A stretch of DNA of 64,000 bases. Origin: Chiloscyllium plagiosum. Its lineage: Eukaryota. The stretch spans positions 100,634,411 to 100,698,410 of the forward strand of contig NC_057718.1 in assembly GCF_004010195.1 (NCBI RefSeq), in the 5' to 3' direction. Shown one piece after another: positions 50,453 through 63,059 of this stretch (its first letter is position 1; the number at the start of each line of letters is the position of its first letter). The position numbers and the translations under genes are program-made. The notes beneath the pieces were generated by a model, which was given only the letters and a program-made list of their open reading frames with translations, was not told the origin of the DNA and did no database searches.

Positions 50453-51521
50453 TTGGTAGGGATGAAGCCAGATACAAGGGAATACAAATATAAAGAAATA
50501 CTTGAAAATTGGATTATGTTTATTCCAGCAACACAGATATAGTGGAAACTTCTAAAAGTGCTGGGAACTGATAGAATAATTGTTTCCAGTAGTTTGATAG
50601 GCAAACAACAAGGGACTGCGGATACTATGAGACTGGATCCAAGGCACATAGATAAAGCTTGGGGTCTTTATAAAACAAGTTATCAGAGTGTAAAATTCAC
50701 TTCTAAGGTGACAGGTTGATGCAGAAACAATTTTTACATTCAAGATTAGATTTAGTACATAGCTGGAGGAAAGTTGAAGAAATGTGGAAATAGGGTAGAC
50801 AAATATGATTAGAACAATTTTCTGACATGGAGGGCAAATACCTAGACACAGCGTTTGAACTAAATTAGTGTTTCCATGTTGTAACTATATTTTTAGGTTT
50901 TGGATGTGAGCATTAATAAGTAGGGTCTAACATAGCAATCTAAGTTACCCAGAACAAAGCCATTCCATTCCCTGGTAATGATCATATACCAATTAACCTC
51001 CAACACCTGTTTATGTATCTATAAATCTAAGTTTGAATAGCTCAGAGATTTAGAAGTAACATAAAAACAAAGCATTTATAACAGTGCCAAACCTTTAGTT
51101 CTATACCAAAACATTATTACTTAAAGACTGAGACACATGTTAAATCTCTGAAACACTTCACTACCAACTCTGGTTTTTAAAAGAAAACAATTTTGTTTTG
51201 GCACGTCAAACTGATAAAGCTGCATGAAATCTGCCTTGTTGCACGCTCCATTCCTTCATCTGGTCTATGTTATGCAGTTTTCTGTGTCCAAGATGTTTCT
51301 TCAAAAAAATATTCAAAATTGATGCATGTAGAAATGTAGAAAGCAAAGAATTATATCAAGTATTAATTGTTACCATAGAGACTTTATTTACTGCTTCAAA
51401 CTGATCTAATTTGATTTTCTTTATAAATTCCAAGTTCACGGTTTATGAAATGGATGATACAGTGTATATAAATACATGACCCATGTTGTTTATAAGATTA
51501 CACGCAAATGCTTTTAATTAC

Positions 51522-51636
51522 CTTTGATGTGCTGAGTGCTGTTGATGTGAAATATTTTGGTTTGTACGCTGCCAAATCCACATCTGTAGAAACATCCTTT
51601 GGCTCATCTTCAAATGTTAGTTCGTCTGGGATAAAC
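51522..51636 (-). CDS. ESF1: ESF1 internal coding exon (115 nt, phase 2-0)
   Basis: AG at 51637-51638, GT at 51520-51521. Reads (R)FIPDELTFEDEPKDVSTDVDLAAYKPKYFTSTALSTSK. Not in the ORF track. Confidence 0.95.
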
Positions 51637-52885
51637 CTGGGTAACAATACAAACCCAAACAAATCACTTTCAGACATATAAATCTTCCACTCCTCACTGA
51701 CACAGCACTGCAGTAATACAATTTGAATACTTTATTTCACTACCACGAAACAAAAGGCTGCATTCAAAGACTACTACAATTAAGTGAATTCATGTTGTCA
51801 TGTAAATTAATGTAAAAGACAAGTGCAACAGACAGTTCAACTACAATTGCTACCATTATTTCAGTAACAGTATTACAAGTTAGTGCATGAACATCTGTTA
51901 AGAATTGCATCATCATCATCCCAAATGGAGATTTAACCAACTGACATGGGACAACCGAAGGGGAGCGAGAGGAGAAACTGTCGTCACTGTTTTGTATACA
52001 TCACACATACTCGTGCTCATTCATCACTGCAAATTAGATCCATATCCACAAGTAAAAGATATTCTATCAAGTGGCCACCAACAAACTGCACATGCATAAC
52101 ACAAAAAAATTACCACTTGGAAACCTAATGAAGGACAATTGTTCCTTGTGCTTTGTACTTCCAGCACTAAACATTCGGTTCACAAAGGCAAAATGCAGGC
52201 TAAAGCAGAAAATGTCAGAAAACTATGATTAAAAATTAATGACTGTCAAATGTGCAGAACAGACTCTGTTCCCAAATAAATTTAAAACTGCACATGTCCA
52301 AACACTATAGAATGACAATTCAATAGGATGTTGCATTATTGTGATCCAACAGTAGAACATTGTCATGCTCAAACTGTTTAGTGTCATAGTCAGATCACAT
52401 TGTGACCAGTAAAGAATAAAGCAAATGTAGAACCAATCTCACCAACATCGTCATGCAAAAGTTATCAACAAGTGGAGTGGATATGGAGGTGAATAGCCTG
52501 AAATTATTGGAAAACTGGTAGATTACTGTGCAAGAATCAACGTTTGCTCCAATTTGAAGGGAGCAAGTGATGTACTGCCAAGGAAATTCCAAGTTATGTC
52601 TAATATTAGATCCAATTTGACTTCAGTTCAGCTTGACCAGACTGCCACCTGGGAAAATCAGCGCATGCTTCAAATTGGAGGAGCATGGATTTGCACAGCA
52701 ATGTAAATTCCAAGCGATTCTGAGAGCAGCTGGTTACTGCCAAATGGCCCCTGTTGGCTCAAGGTAGCCCTGTTGTCACACAACAAGGCTAACTAAAAGC
52801 TACTGACTTGTCCCTTACAGAACTATTTGCACAATTATACTTTGCTGTTTGCAAGAGAATGAAAGAGTTTAGTATTTTTTTTTAC

Positions 52886-53038
52886 CTGAGATCCAGAAAA
52901 GAGCAGCTGCTCTCAAACTCCATCCCATCACACTCTTCATAAAGTTTATTCGCTGTTTCAGAAGAGTCACAGTCCACCACTGCATAGTAATATTTTAGCC
53001 GTTTGAACTGGTACTCTCGTACTTTTTCCCTGACAATT
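52886..53038 (-). CDS. ESF1: ESF1 internal coding exon (153 nt, phase 2-2)
   Basis: AG at 53039-53040, GT at 52884-52885. Reads (R)[50 protein letters not shown]. Confidence 0.96.
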
Positions 53039-54754
53039 CTATAAATAAACATATAATCAGTTAAAAAGAACCCAAAGCAATTTCTGTAAGACATGTATTT
53101 AAACAGCCCAAATTTGTATCATGACAAAGTGGCTTATGATTCTCTTAGTACTAACTTCAAAGCCAACATTTTAGAAGTTATATTCTATGTTTTTTAAATG
53201 TTCGCAAAAATGTCAACAGAGCAATTCATGAATGTTGGTAATTTGAAGAGCAGGAAATTACTCAGCTCTTTGAAAGTGCTGTCCACTTAGCCCCTTACCT
53301 GTTCTTTTCAATTCTCATGAAATATTTATCCCCTTTCATTTGTAAAGTCATTATGGATGCTCCTTCCACCTATGTTTTTCCTCAGAGAGTTCAAAAGCCT
53401 TATTAACACACTGCATTTTATAAAAATCTTCTCTCTCCTATTTTACCTTTCATAAAAATCTTAAAATTTATGTTTCTAGTTCATGACACTGAGAAATAGT
53501 TTCTCTCTTATTAACTTTATCAAAACCATTGATCATTTTGAGCAGTAACAGATTTCTCCTCAGCTTGTCCTTTTGTTCCCATGGATCCCAGTTTCCTTGA
53601 TTCATAATTAAAACTTATCACTGATCATCACCTTAGTGCTTCTTCTGTATCACATCCACATTCCTTATATCTTTCCAAAAGAGAAAGACCTAAAACAGGT
53701 CGTAATATTCTAACCGGTTCTGCAGCAAAATCACGATGGGTCAAATTTAGATGACACCAAATTCCAGTTAATTTAAAGATGTATGCCACTTTCATTGGCA
53801 GGATAAGGAATCCAACAGAAGAATGTCTTTGATAAGTTACATTTCTAGACTAGTAACTCTGCATGTAACCTGTGCAAACCTATTGTATCACTCAATTAGG
53901 GCAGGATTAGGCCTTGCTACATTGTAAATTTATGGGCAACATATCATAGGACATTGAAGTCTCTCTGCAAGTACAGCTGATGACAGTGACAATCCTGAAG
54001 TGTCTGACGAATGGGTCTCCCCATTCTGAATTAGAGCAATATACTTCCAAGATAGGGGGTGAGTGGCTCACAGGGGAATTTGTCAGTGATGGCATTCCCA
54101 TGTATCTGCTGCCTTTGTCCTTCTATGACAATACTTCCAAAACCTTACCTCATTGTGACACCAGTTTGGCACTAAAGCCCCAGATCTGTGAGAAAAAGGG
54201 AGGTGGCTGGGATGCCTGAGAGCATGGGTGAGAAAAGATGCCTGTCCAAGTGGAATGGGGGTGGGAGGAGATGCTGTTTGGAGTGACACAGGGAATTTGG
54301 AGGGGGGGTGAGTGCCAATAAAAGTGCGGATGAAATGGGTGGGGGGGGGTGTGGGAGTGCGCAGAAAGAAATGTCAAAATCTCTATCATTGATGTTTACA
54401 TAAATGCAATCTTCTGTTTGTTTAGGATAGGAATTAGACCAATGAGGTCAGACAGTTAGGCCATGCGCACTATGGTAAAAACAGTGAAATGAAGGGACTC
54501 ACTTCTGTGGGCACTTGCTCAGAGCAGCATCATAGACACATGGCTGTGACTGGCAACTCCACCGGGAATCATGGCCCATAATTTGAGAAGCTGTGTTCTA
54601 GGTGGTAGAGACCCTTTGGTTAAAAAATGCTGTTGAAAGTACTGGGTGAAGCTGTATATCAGTACTGCTATAAAGCAGTGTATTGATGGCACCTGTTATG
54701 TAATTTCAGCATTACTGGTTCCCAAAGCAAACATCAGGCAAACTGCACTATAAC

Positions 54755-56455
54755 AACATTTTCACGCGGATAGGTGTTGGGTGTATGGAATGAGATGCCA
54801 GAGGAAGTGATGGAGGCTGGCACAATTGCAGCATTTAAAAACCATCTAGATGGGTACCTGAATTGGAAGGGTTTAGAGGGATATGGATCAAATGCTGGCA
54901 AATGGGACTAAATTTAATCAGGATATCTGGTCAGCATGGACAAGTTGGACCAAATGATCAGTTTCTGTGCTATACAGCTCTATGATTCTAACTAGGACAT
55001 GAAATTTATTTAGGCGCAAGGTATTACAATAATTTTTCAATAGAATTTTTAAGAACATGATGATGTAGAATGAAGAATCTCATGATAAGGACTACGCTAT
55101 AATAAGCAAGGAATTTCAAAAAGCAAAAACTCTTCTCTTCATCCTTGTTTAGTCAGCACTTTTGAGAGATAAGTATACCTCTGATACTGATGATTTGACA
55201 AAGCAGAAAGAGAGCTGAATTAATATGGATGTAGATTGCAGTCATGTTGCAATGAAAGAATACACAATCGTACAGCACAGGAATAGGCCCTTTGCTCCAG
55301 GATGTTGTGCTGAACATGATGCTAAATTAAGTTAATCTCTTCTGCCTGCCCTTGGTCCATATATTTTCCTTCCTTGCATTTTCATGGGATTATCTAAAAG
55401 TCCCTTATACACCCTATTGTATCTGCCTCCACCACCATCCCTGGCAGTGCGTTCCAGACTCCTACCACTGTCTGTGTAAAAACTTACCCCTCACGTTTCC
55501 TTTGAACATTCCCCTCCTGAAGAAGGGCCTGTGCCCGAAACGTCGAATCTCCTGTTCCCTGGATGCTGCCTGACCTGCTGTGCTGTTCCAGCAATAAAGT
55601 TTCAACTTTGATCTCCAGCATCTGCAGACCTCACTTTCTCCTCAACATTCCCCTCTCACCTTAAATGCATGCCCTCTCGTATCAAACATTTCTACTCTGG
55701 GGAAAAAGGTTATGATGATGAACCCCATCTATGCTTTTCATAAACTTATAGACTTCAATGAAGTCTCCCGTTAGCCTCTGTCACTCCAAAGAAAACAACT
55801 CAAGTTTTCTAGCTTCTCCTTATAGCTCGTACCCTCTAATCCAGGCAGTGTCCTGGTAAACATCTTCTACACCCTCTCCAAAGCCTCCACATCCTTAATG
55901 TGCCCCCCTCAGCTGATAGGTTCAGTGATCTTTCTAACTAACCAATCATGCCATAGCCATCCAATCAATATCATCAAAATATTTCAGATAAAAATAAAAC
56001 AATTCATACTATTCATAACTCTTTGTATTTAAATAAGCCTGGATGGTCAGATGCCTGTATTGAAAACACATTTTTATTCATGCTTAATGAGGTTGAGAGG
56101 TGACCTTATAGAGGTTTATAAATTCATGAGGGTTATAGATAAGGTGTCTTTTCCTTAGGTGAGGGGTTTCAAGACTAGGGGGCACATTTTTAAGATGAGA
56201 GGAGAAAGATTTATAAAGGACATGAAGGGCAATTTTGTTTTTACACAGAATGGTTCGAATGTGGAATGAACTTCCAGTGGAAGTGGTGGATATGGGTATA
56301 GTTACAACATTTAAAAGGCATTTAGATAAGTACATGAATAAGAAATGTTTGGAGGGATATGGGCCAAACGCAGGTAAGTGGGACTAGTTTAGTTTGGCGT
56401 GGACTAGTTGGACCGAAGGGTTCGTTTCCATGCTGTATAACTCTATGACTCTATA
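54755..56455. mobile_element. CR1 3' fragments (+ 54755-54990; - 55260-55900; + 56085-56455)
   Basis: Each matches the CR1 3' UTR and tail found elsewhere in the window. Confidence 0.8.
55517..55643 (+). mobile_element. 127-bp Penelope-derived unit with an intact minimal hammerhead core
   Basis: Perfect 12-bp TSD AACATTCCCCTC (55505-55516 / 55644-55655). CTGAAGA-A-GGGC-CTGT-GCCC-GAAA-CG-TC-GAATC at 55517-55549. Confidence 0.88.
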
Positions 56456-57769
56456 AATTATTTAATTGGAATTACTCCATGTAACAAACTTTCTTCAAAT
56501 TAAAATAGCTATTAACATTTCTTCGTACTGGTTGAGAAAACAGACGTGTGTCTTAGGACGCAACGTGAGTTCCCATTCAATCCAGGGGGATAATAAATGT
56601 TGCCACACTGCACTAAAAACTTGCTTAGTCTCTTGGGTAATGTAGAACAGACTAAGAATTAATTATTTAGGACATAAGGAAAGAATATATCCTGCAAATG
56701 AGGTGGGAAATAACTGCTATGTGCTGGCCTGCCCCGTGACGGACATTTGAAGTGCAATTTGGATTTTGGACAAAGATCTTTTGGATCTAGTTTGGTCTAG
56801 TTTATCATTCCATCTGTTTTTTTCACTTGCAAAGAGGAAATTACACATATGGGGGTATTGGCAAACTTAATGTCACAACTGGTAAAATCAACCATCCAGA
56901 CTTGGGTAGTCCATTAATATAAATACTTTTACAACTTGGATGTATATATTGTGGTGAACAATCCTATTAAGTGTCTTCAAACAAAATTTGGCAAAGAGCC
57001 AGATACAGAGACTTTAGTATTAATTTATCAATTTGTTTGTGAGTACAGAAATTGGTTATTGTTGAAAAGAGAGACTTGTTGCTGAAGTTTTTTGTTTGGT
57101 ACTCATTAGGACAAATGCAAGAACACTAAATTTCAACAATGGGAAAAGTTTACTGATTCATTGATAAATTGATGTTCAAGTCTTGCACATTTTTTGAATT
57201 CCCTGAGGCTTTGGGGAGTTCCATGAAGATGTCACAGACCATCAGTCAACTTGGCAACTGTTCAGCACCCTTTTCTCTTGTCATATAATTTGTTGAGATC
57301 ATTTGATATTGAGCATTCTTGTATTTGCCCTGATGGGTCCAAGAAAAACAACCTTGGGAAATATGGGTCCCTTTTCAGATATTGTTAATCAACTTGTTCA
57401 AAGATGCTATTACAACAGGTTGGACATGAACCTGGGCCTCCTGGACACAGGACATAGCCACTGCGCCACAATAGCTCCCGTGTCTATTTTCAGATATTTT
57501 CTAAACATAGTATTACACACCTCTGAAGCAGGTGGGAGCTGAACTCGGGCCTCTTGACTCAGGGGTAGGACACTATAATTGCGCCACTACTCTTTCTGTC
57601 TCTTTTCAGCTATATTAAAGAACATACAAGCGAAGGGCATTGATTGGATCAACACTTAAACACTTAAGGAGACAACTACAGATGCAAGAAGTCAAGTGGA
57701 GTCAAGCAATATATAATTATGTTTAATTCTGTGAAAAATAAATCCATCAAGACTGGCTTAGAATGCTTC

Positions 57770-58005
57770 ACCAGCTGGCCAACCGGAATTTGGACTTCAA
57801 ATTGCTGCTAGAAAAATGTCTATTATTTATCATTCTTCTATTACACTGTAACTTACGTGTTTTGCACTTTTAATGCACTTTATGCCGTATATGATTGTGT
57901 AGTTTATACTATTCATGTAGCATTCTCGGTGCTGGAGGAACACTGTCTCGTTTTTCACTCTATCAGTTGTATATGGTAGAAATGACAAATAAAAGCTACT
58001 CTTCT
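57770..58005 (+). mobile_element. Rex1/Babar-like LINE 3' tail
   Basis: atgtagcattctcggtgctggaggaacactgtctcgtttttcact...gtatatggtagaaatgacaaataaaagctac resembles fish Rex1 3' ends as remembered. Confidence 0.5.
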
Positions 58006-58086
58006 CTCAGGGAAGTGGTCAAAAGCCTAGTAAAGAATAAGGAGCTTCTCTAAGGAGGACCAAGGAGTCCAACAAACACCAATTAC

Positions 58087-58202
58087 CTTTGTTCATTAGT
58101 ATCTTCTTCTGCATCTTCAGGTAAATTGTGGTCCAGCAATTCTACAGGTCCATGTAATTCCTCTTCTTTCATCTTTTTTTTTCCAAATTCTGAGGGGTAG
58201 AT
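58087..58202 (-). CDS. ESF1: ESF1 internal coding exon (116 nt, phase 0-2); most 5' exon in the window
   Basis: AG at 58203-58204, GT at 58085-58086. Reads IYPSEFGKKKMKEEELHGPVELLDHNLPEDAEEDTNEQ. No further upstream exon recognised before 64000. Confidence 0.95.
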
Positions 58203-58992
58203 CTACAGTAAATATATTCACCAATTTTAAAAATAGTTTTAGTTCTGGCTTCACCTGCTCTACCAGTGGATACATTATGTGCTTCAAAAACTAGTTTTTG
58301 GGAAAACGCAAGCTAGGATCCATAAGAGGCATTTCACAGCAAGGCAAGATGGAATGCAATGAGCACATCAGGAGGTACTGTATAGGTGAGTGCTAAGAGA
58401 GTGAGCAAGGAGCCCTGAGATGCAGCCTGGTCCAAGCCATTAGCTGGAGGCCTGCACACAAAGTGCCTTTGAAGTATCTTTTGAATACTAGTTGCTGGTG
58501 CAGGTCTCTGCTTCCTAAGAGTTCTGCAAGTGGATCAGAGAGGTGCCATTATGATGGTGAGGGGTTGAGAAATGTCAGATGCCAATGTCAATGACGAGGG
58601 AAGGCTGAGTGGCTGGTGCCCATGCATTGTGCCGTCAGAGGCTGTTTGGCAACCCGCAACATGGAGGCTCCTAGCCACCAGTGGTGAACTGCTTTGACTT
58701 CCATGTCAGGAATACCCGATATTTAGTTTGTTTGGTGAGAGGGGAAACGAAGTATCAGGGAGGTGTGTTGTGTTGTTAATGGTGGTTAACAAGCTATTAT
58801 CCTCTCTAATTGCAATTGTTGCTGGTCTAATGCATAAAAAATGCAGCAAGTTGCTCCCAACATCAAGATAGGCCTTGCTGGACATCACATGTGATTCTAC
58901 AAATCTCACCATTGCCCACGTTGTAAAGACCCACATAAAATTCTGCTGAAATTCTTTGGCAGAAATGAGGCTCAGACTAGGTAGAAAGAATG

Positions 58993-59275
58993 TGGCACGG
59001 TTGCTCAGTGGTTCGCACTGCAGCCTCACAGCACCAGGGACCCGGGTTCAATCCCTGCCTCGGGTGACTGCCTGTGTGGACGTTCTCCCCGTGTCTGTGT
59101 GGGTTTCCTTCCACAGTCCAAAAATGTGCAGGTCAGGTGAATTGGCCATGCTAAATTGCCCATAGTGTTAGGTGCATTAGTAAATACAGGGTAGGGGAAT
59201 GAGTTACTCCTTGGAGGGTCGATGTGGACTTGTTGGGCCAAAGAGCCTGTTTCCATACTGTAGGGAATCTAATCA
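58993..59275 (+). mobile_element. HE1-type SINE, diverged, with small deletions
   Basis: ggcacggttgctcagtgg...gggttcaatccc...gggccaaagagcctgtttccatactgta. Confidence 0.85.
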
Positions 59276-60644
59276 ATATGTTTATTACATAGCACTTAAT
59301 AGCTAATTATATTACATCTGAGTCATGGGTCTCTGACAAAACCTCAGGCTAGATTTAAGAGTAAGTAGACATTACCTTTTAGATACATAAAACTTAGCAC
59401 CAAACTTTGACTTGCAACTTAGAAACTGCTTACCTCCTCGCAGAAATGGTCTTCTAGAGACCGATGGGCCTCGTTTATCTTGTGATCTCAACCTCTTCAG
59501 GGACTACTTACCTTACATAAGTCTTAATCCCTTATTTCTGTTTTTTTATTCCTCTCCTTCAATCACCTATCTAAATCAATCCTTCAATGTTGGAATACTC
59601 TCTGCTTCAATTGATAACTCCACTTGTACAATCTGTAGCCTTCACAGTCCTGTGAAAACAGCCTCTCCTGCTAGCTGTCTGTAAACTTGTACATTTAAGA
59701 TAGTGAAGTGTTAAATATTTCAAGTGATTTCATTCAACTTGTTGCTGTAAGCAGTGATCACCTCTTCAATTTAAAATTCGATGTACAGCACCCTCTGCTG
59801 GGTTAAAGTCCAGAAACAGGGATTGCAATGCGGCCAATAATCCTTTCACTAACATGGACTTTAAACTTTAGCATTAATACAGATGAGGGACAGGTAATGA
59901 AATTTACTTCATCACCATATGCAATTACATTTCTCCTTTTTAATGTCAGATCATATCCAATATTTTTAAATTAAAAATCTTTTAATTTATAAAGTACTAC
60001 AAAAGGAGCACATGTAATCGTGTGAAAATTTGAGAGATTTCTGCTCCTCTTCCCTTTCATTGAAAGGCAAAATGAAAATAAAATACACAAGAAAGGGGCC
60101 AAAATCTCAAACTGCAGAAGACACCACCTGGTCAGTTGTTCTCCGCCGGTCGGGGTGTGTGTGTGTGTGTCAGAAAAGGAAACTTTGCCAAGGGTGTAAC
60201 CCCACCCTCTCAAACAGTCCATAACACAGTAACAACAGGAGCTACTCTGTGATCAAACTTATCCAATGTGTTTATCTTATTCAAACATCCATATGGAGAG
60301 TGCTGATGTCAAATTTTCTTCTAAATGATAAACTGGTGTAAATCACTGGTTCGGTCTGAGATAGAATTTAGCTTCCAATTCTTAGCATCAATTTTAATGT
60401 CCTAAAGCAGTACAGAATCAACTTGCTGTTGGTATACTAAACTTGTAATGCCAGTAATGTAGAAGGATTACAAAAGTTGATCATGTTCTCCTTTAAGTTG
60501 AGAGGTTAAGGGAAGATTCAATACAAGTGTTTAAAATTATAATGGGTTTTAGAAAATAAGGAGAGAGTTTCCATTGGCAGGAGGGTGGGTAATCAGAGAA
60601 CACAGATTTAAGAAGCAGTGAAGGGACCAGGTTTTGTTTTATTT

Positions 60645-60940
60645 ACTCATTTACAGGATGAGAGTGTCGCTGATCAGGCCAGCATTTAATGCCCATTCCT
60701 AATTGCCCCGAGGGCAGTTAAGAGTGAACCATATCACTGTGGGTCTGGAGTCACATGTAGGCTAGAGCAGGTAAGGGTGGCAGTTTCCTTCCCTAAAAGG
60801 ACATTAGTAAACCAGATGGGATTTTCCAACAATGGATTCATGGTTTTCATCAGACTTTTAATTCCAGATTTTTACTGAATTCAAGTTTCAACACCTGCCA
60901 TGGCGAGATTTAAACACTGGTACCCAGAATATTAGCTGGT
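60645..60940 (-). mobile_element. tRNA-derived SINE (second family)
   Basis: Fuller homologue of 33250-33470 with the LINE-shared 3' tail. Confidence 0.7.
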
Positions 60941-62624
60941 TTTTAAAAAGGGCCCATCTCCTACCACTGCACAGATGGTCTGTACAGTTGATGCCATCGA
61001 TCGATCACCACCCAGCGGGTCTCCGTTCAGCTTAGCACTGGAGTCACTACCCTAGTCTCACCCTGATCAATGCTGAACCAGGTGTTCTTCTTTCCATCTT
61101 CAGGCGTCAGATCTTCTTGATGACCCTGCTCTGGAAGGTGTATTTACCCACTGAACAATCAGGAAAACTGCATCTTTTACTAGGTTTGGTCACCGCCACG
61201 TTACTGAAACAAACAATTACATGTTGTATTGCTAGCAGTGACATCAAAGGTTTCATAACTGCACAGGTGGTGATGCAAATACAGCTTGTTTTTAAAGGCA
61301 GCAAGGTGTTATGGCCTAGGGCATTCTGATTGAAAGGGGACTGGAAGCAGATTTTAAAGTAATAATTAAAAGGGAATTGGATAAATACTGAAGAGAAGGT
61401 TTACTGTAGAGGAGGAGACCACTCAGCCCATTGTGTAAATTCTGCCTCTCTGTGCAGCTAATTCCATTGCCCTGCCTTTTCCTGGTAGCTTTGCATGTTG
61501 TTTGTGTTCAGATAATTATCCAATTTCCTTTTTAAAAGCCACAATGGAAACTGTCTCCCCCACACTCTCAAGCTTTGTAGAACCTAATCATTCACTCTGT
61601 TTAAAACAAGTTTCCTTCTGGGTCATCTTTTGCTATTTGCTTTAAAAACATTTTAGGACGTTATGGCAATAAAGCAGTGGAATGGAACTAATTGCTTAGC
61701 TCTGAAACATCAGGCACAGACATGATGGGCTGATGGCCTTATTTAGAGCTATGATTTATTTATCAGGGTAATATGTCAATGAACATGGAGGGCAACATTT
61801 TAGCGGATGAATAGAGATTTTCTTACTCCCTTTATTCTGAGATGCACAATGCCATTAGAGATCTGCCCATCAGCACTGATGACTTTCTTGTGATGTTCAG
61901 TACTTCACCCAATTAGATTAACATGGTTTTTTTAAAAAAATAATTCCATTCTAATCATTCTCAAACATCAATATAACCTTAGACTGCTCTTTGATACATT
62001 TCATCTGTGCATTCCTTGGAAATAAAACCATTCCTTGGGGAGAAACCAGTAAGTAACATGACACTGTAACATTCACCAAGTTCACAACATCGAAATGCTA
62101 ATTTGTTCCACACACAGAAGACAAAGCCATAAGGCCAGCTTATACTCCCATACCACAATTACACAGAGAGAGGAAAATGCAGAGTTAATGTGGCTGTCTG
62201 ACAATGTAGAGGAACTTCCCAGTATTCATGATCCTTGCTGGAGACACCACTACCACACTCGTGGCACCAAGTTAAATACTTACATGAGTTTTCCCCTCTT
62301 TATTGTTTAATGAAAATGCCATGGCAACATTCCAAATCCACAATGGATTGATATCACAGACATTTAAAGACAGAAGACAGCCGATTCAGCCCAGTGCTTC
62401 ACGCTAGCTACACTAACCCATGTTCACATTCTAAAATATTGTGATTTCTGATCACCCCCACTACATCAAAATTTGTGTTCACTTCTCCAAGTCCAATTTT
62501 TAAAACTGACACTTTCTCCTGAATTCTGCTCCCTCCGTCATACAAGTGTTCCCCACGATCAAAGAATGGCTTCCCATGCCTCTGATTATTGTGCTCCTAT
62601 TGAGTGAGGAGATTGGTAAGGAGA

Positions 62625-62725
62625 ATGCAAAAATAGAAATTGCTGGAAAAGCTCAACAGGTTTGGCAGCAGCTTGGAGAAAAATCACAGTTAATATTTCA
62701 GGTCGAGTGACCCTTCCCCAGAACC
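62625..62725 (-). mobile_element. Penelope-derived short repeat with a degenerate hammerhead core
   Basis: Minus strand GGTT-CTGGGGA-A-GGGTC-ACTC-GACCT-GAAA-TA-TT-AACT at 62688-62725. Confidence 0.7.
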
Positions 62726-62726
62726 A

Positions 62727-63046
62727 GGCAGCACGGTGGCACAGTGGTTAGCACTGCTACCTCACAGCACCAGAGACCCGGGTTCAATTCCCGCCTCAGG
62801 CAACGGTGTGTGGAGTTAGCACATTCTCCCCGTGTCTGCATGGGTTTCCTCCGGGTGCTCCGGTTTCCTCCCACAGTCCAAAAATGTGCAGGTTTGGTGA
62901 ATTGGCCATGCTAAATTGCCTGTAGAGTTGCTAAATTGCCTGTAGAGTTGGGTGAAAATGTGGGGGAATGGGTCTGGGTGGGTGGCAGGTCAGTGTGGAC
63001 TTGTTGGGCCGAAGGGCCTGTTTCCACACTAAGTAATCTAATCTAA
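62727..63046 (+). mobile_element. HE1-type V-SINE with an internal 20-bp tandem duplication
   Basis: Full head, V-domain and tail. TGCTAAATTGCCTGTAGAGT is repeated at 62909-62928 and 62929-62948. Confidence 0.92.
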
Positions 63047-63059
63047 AAACCCTTACTTT

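Noticed and set aside
51861..51916. Possible intronic C/D snoRNA (ATGATGA…CTGA on -)
   Set aside because: It is short, has no terminal stem, and shows no recognisable rRNA-complementary guide. A snoscan or Infernal run would be needed to exclude snoRNAs formally.
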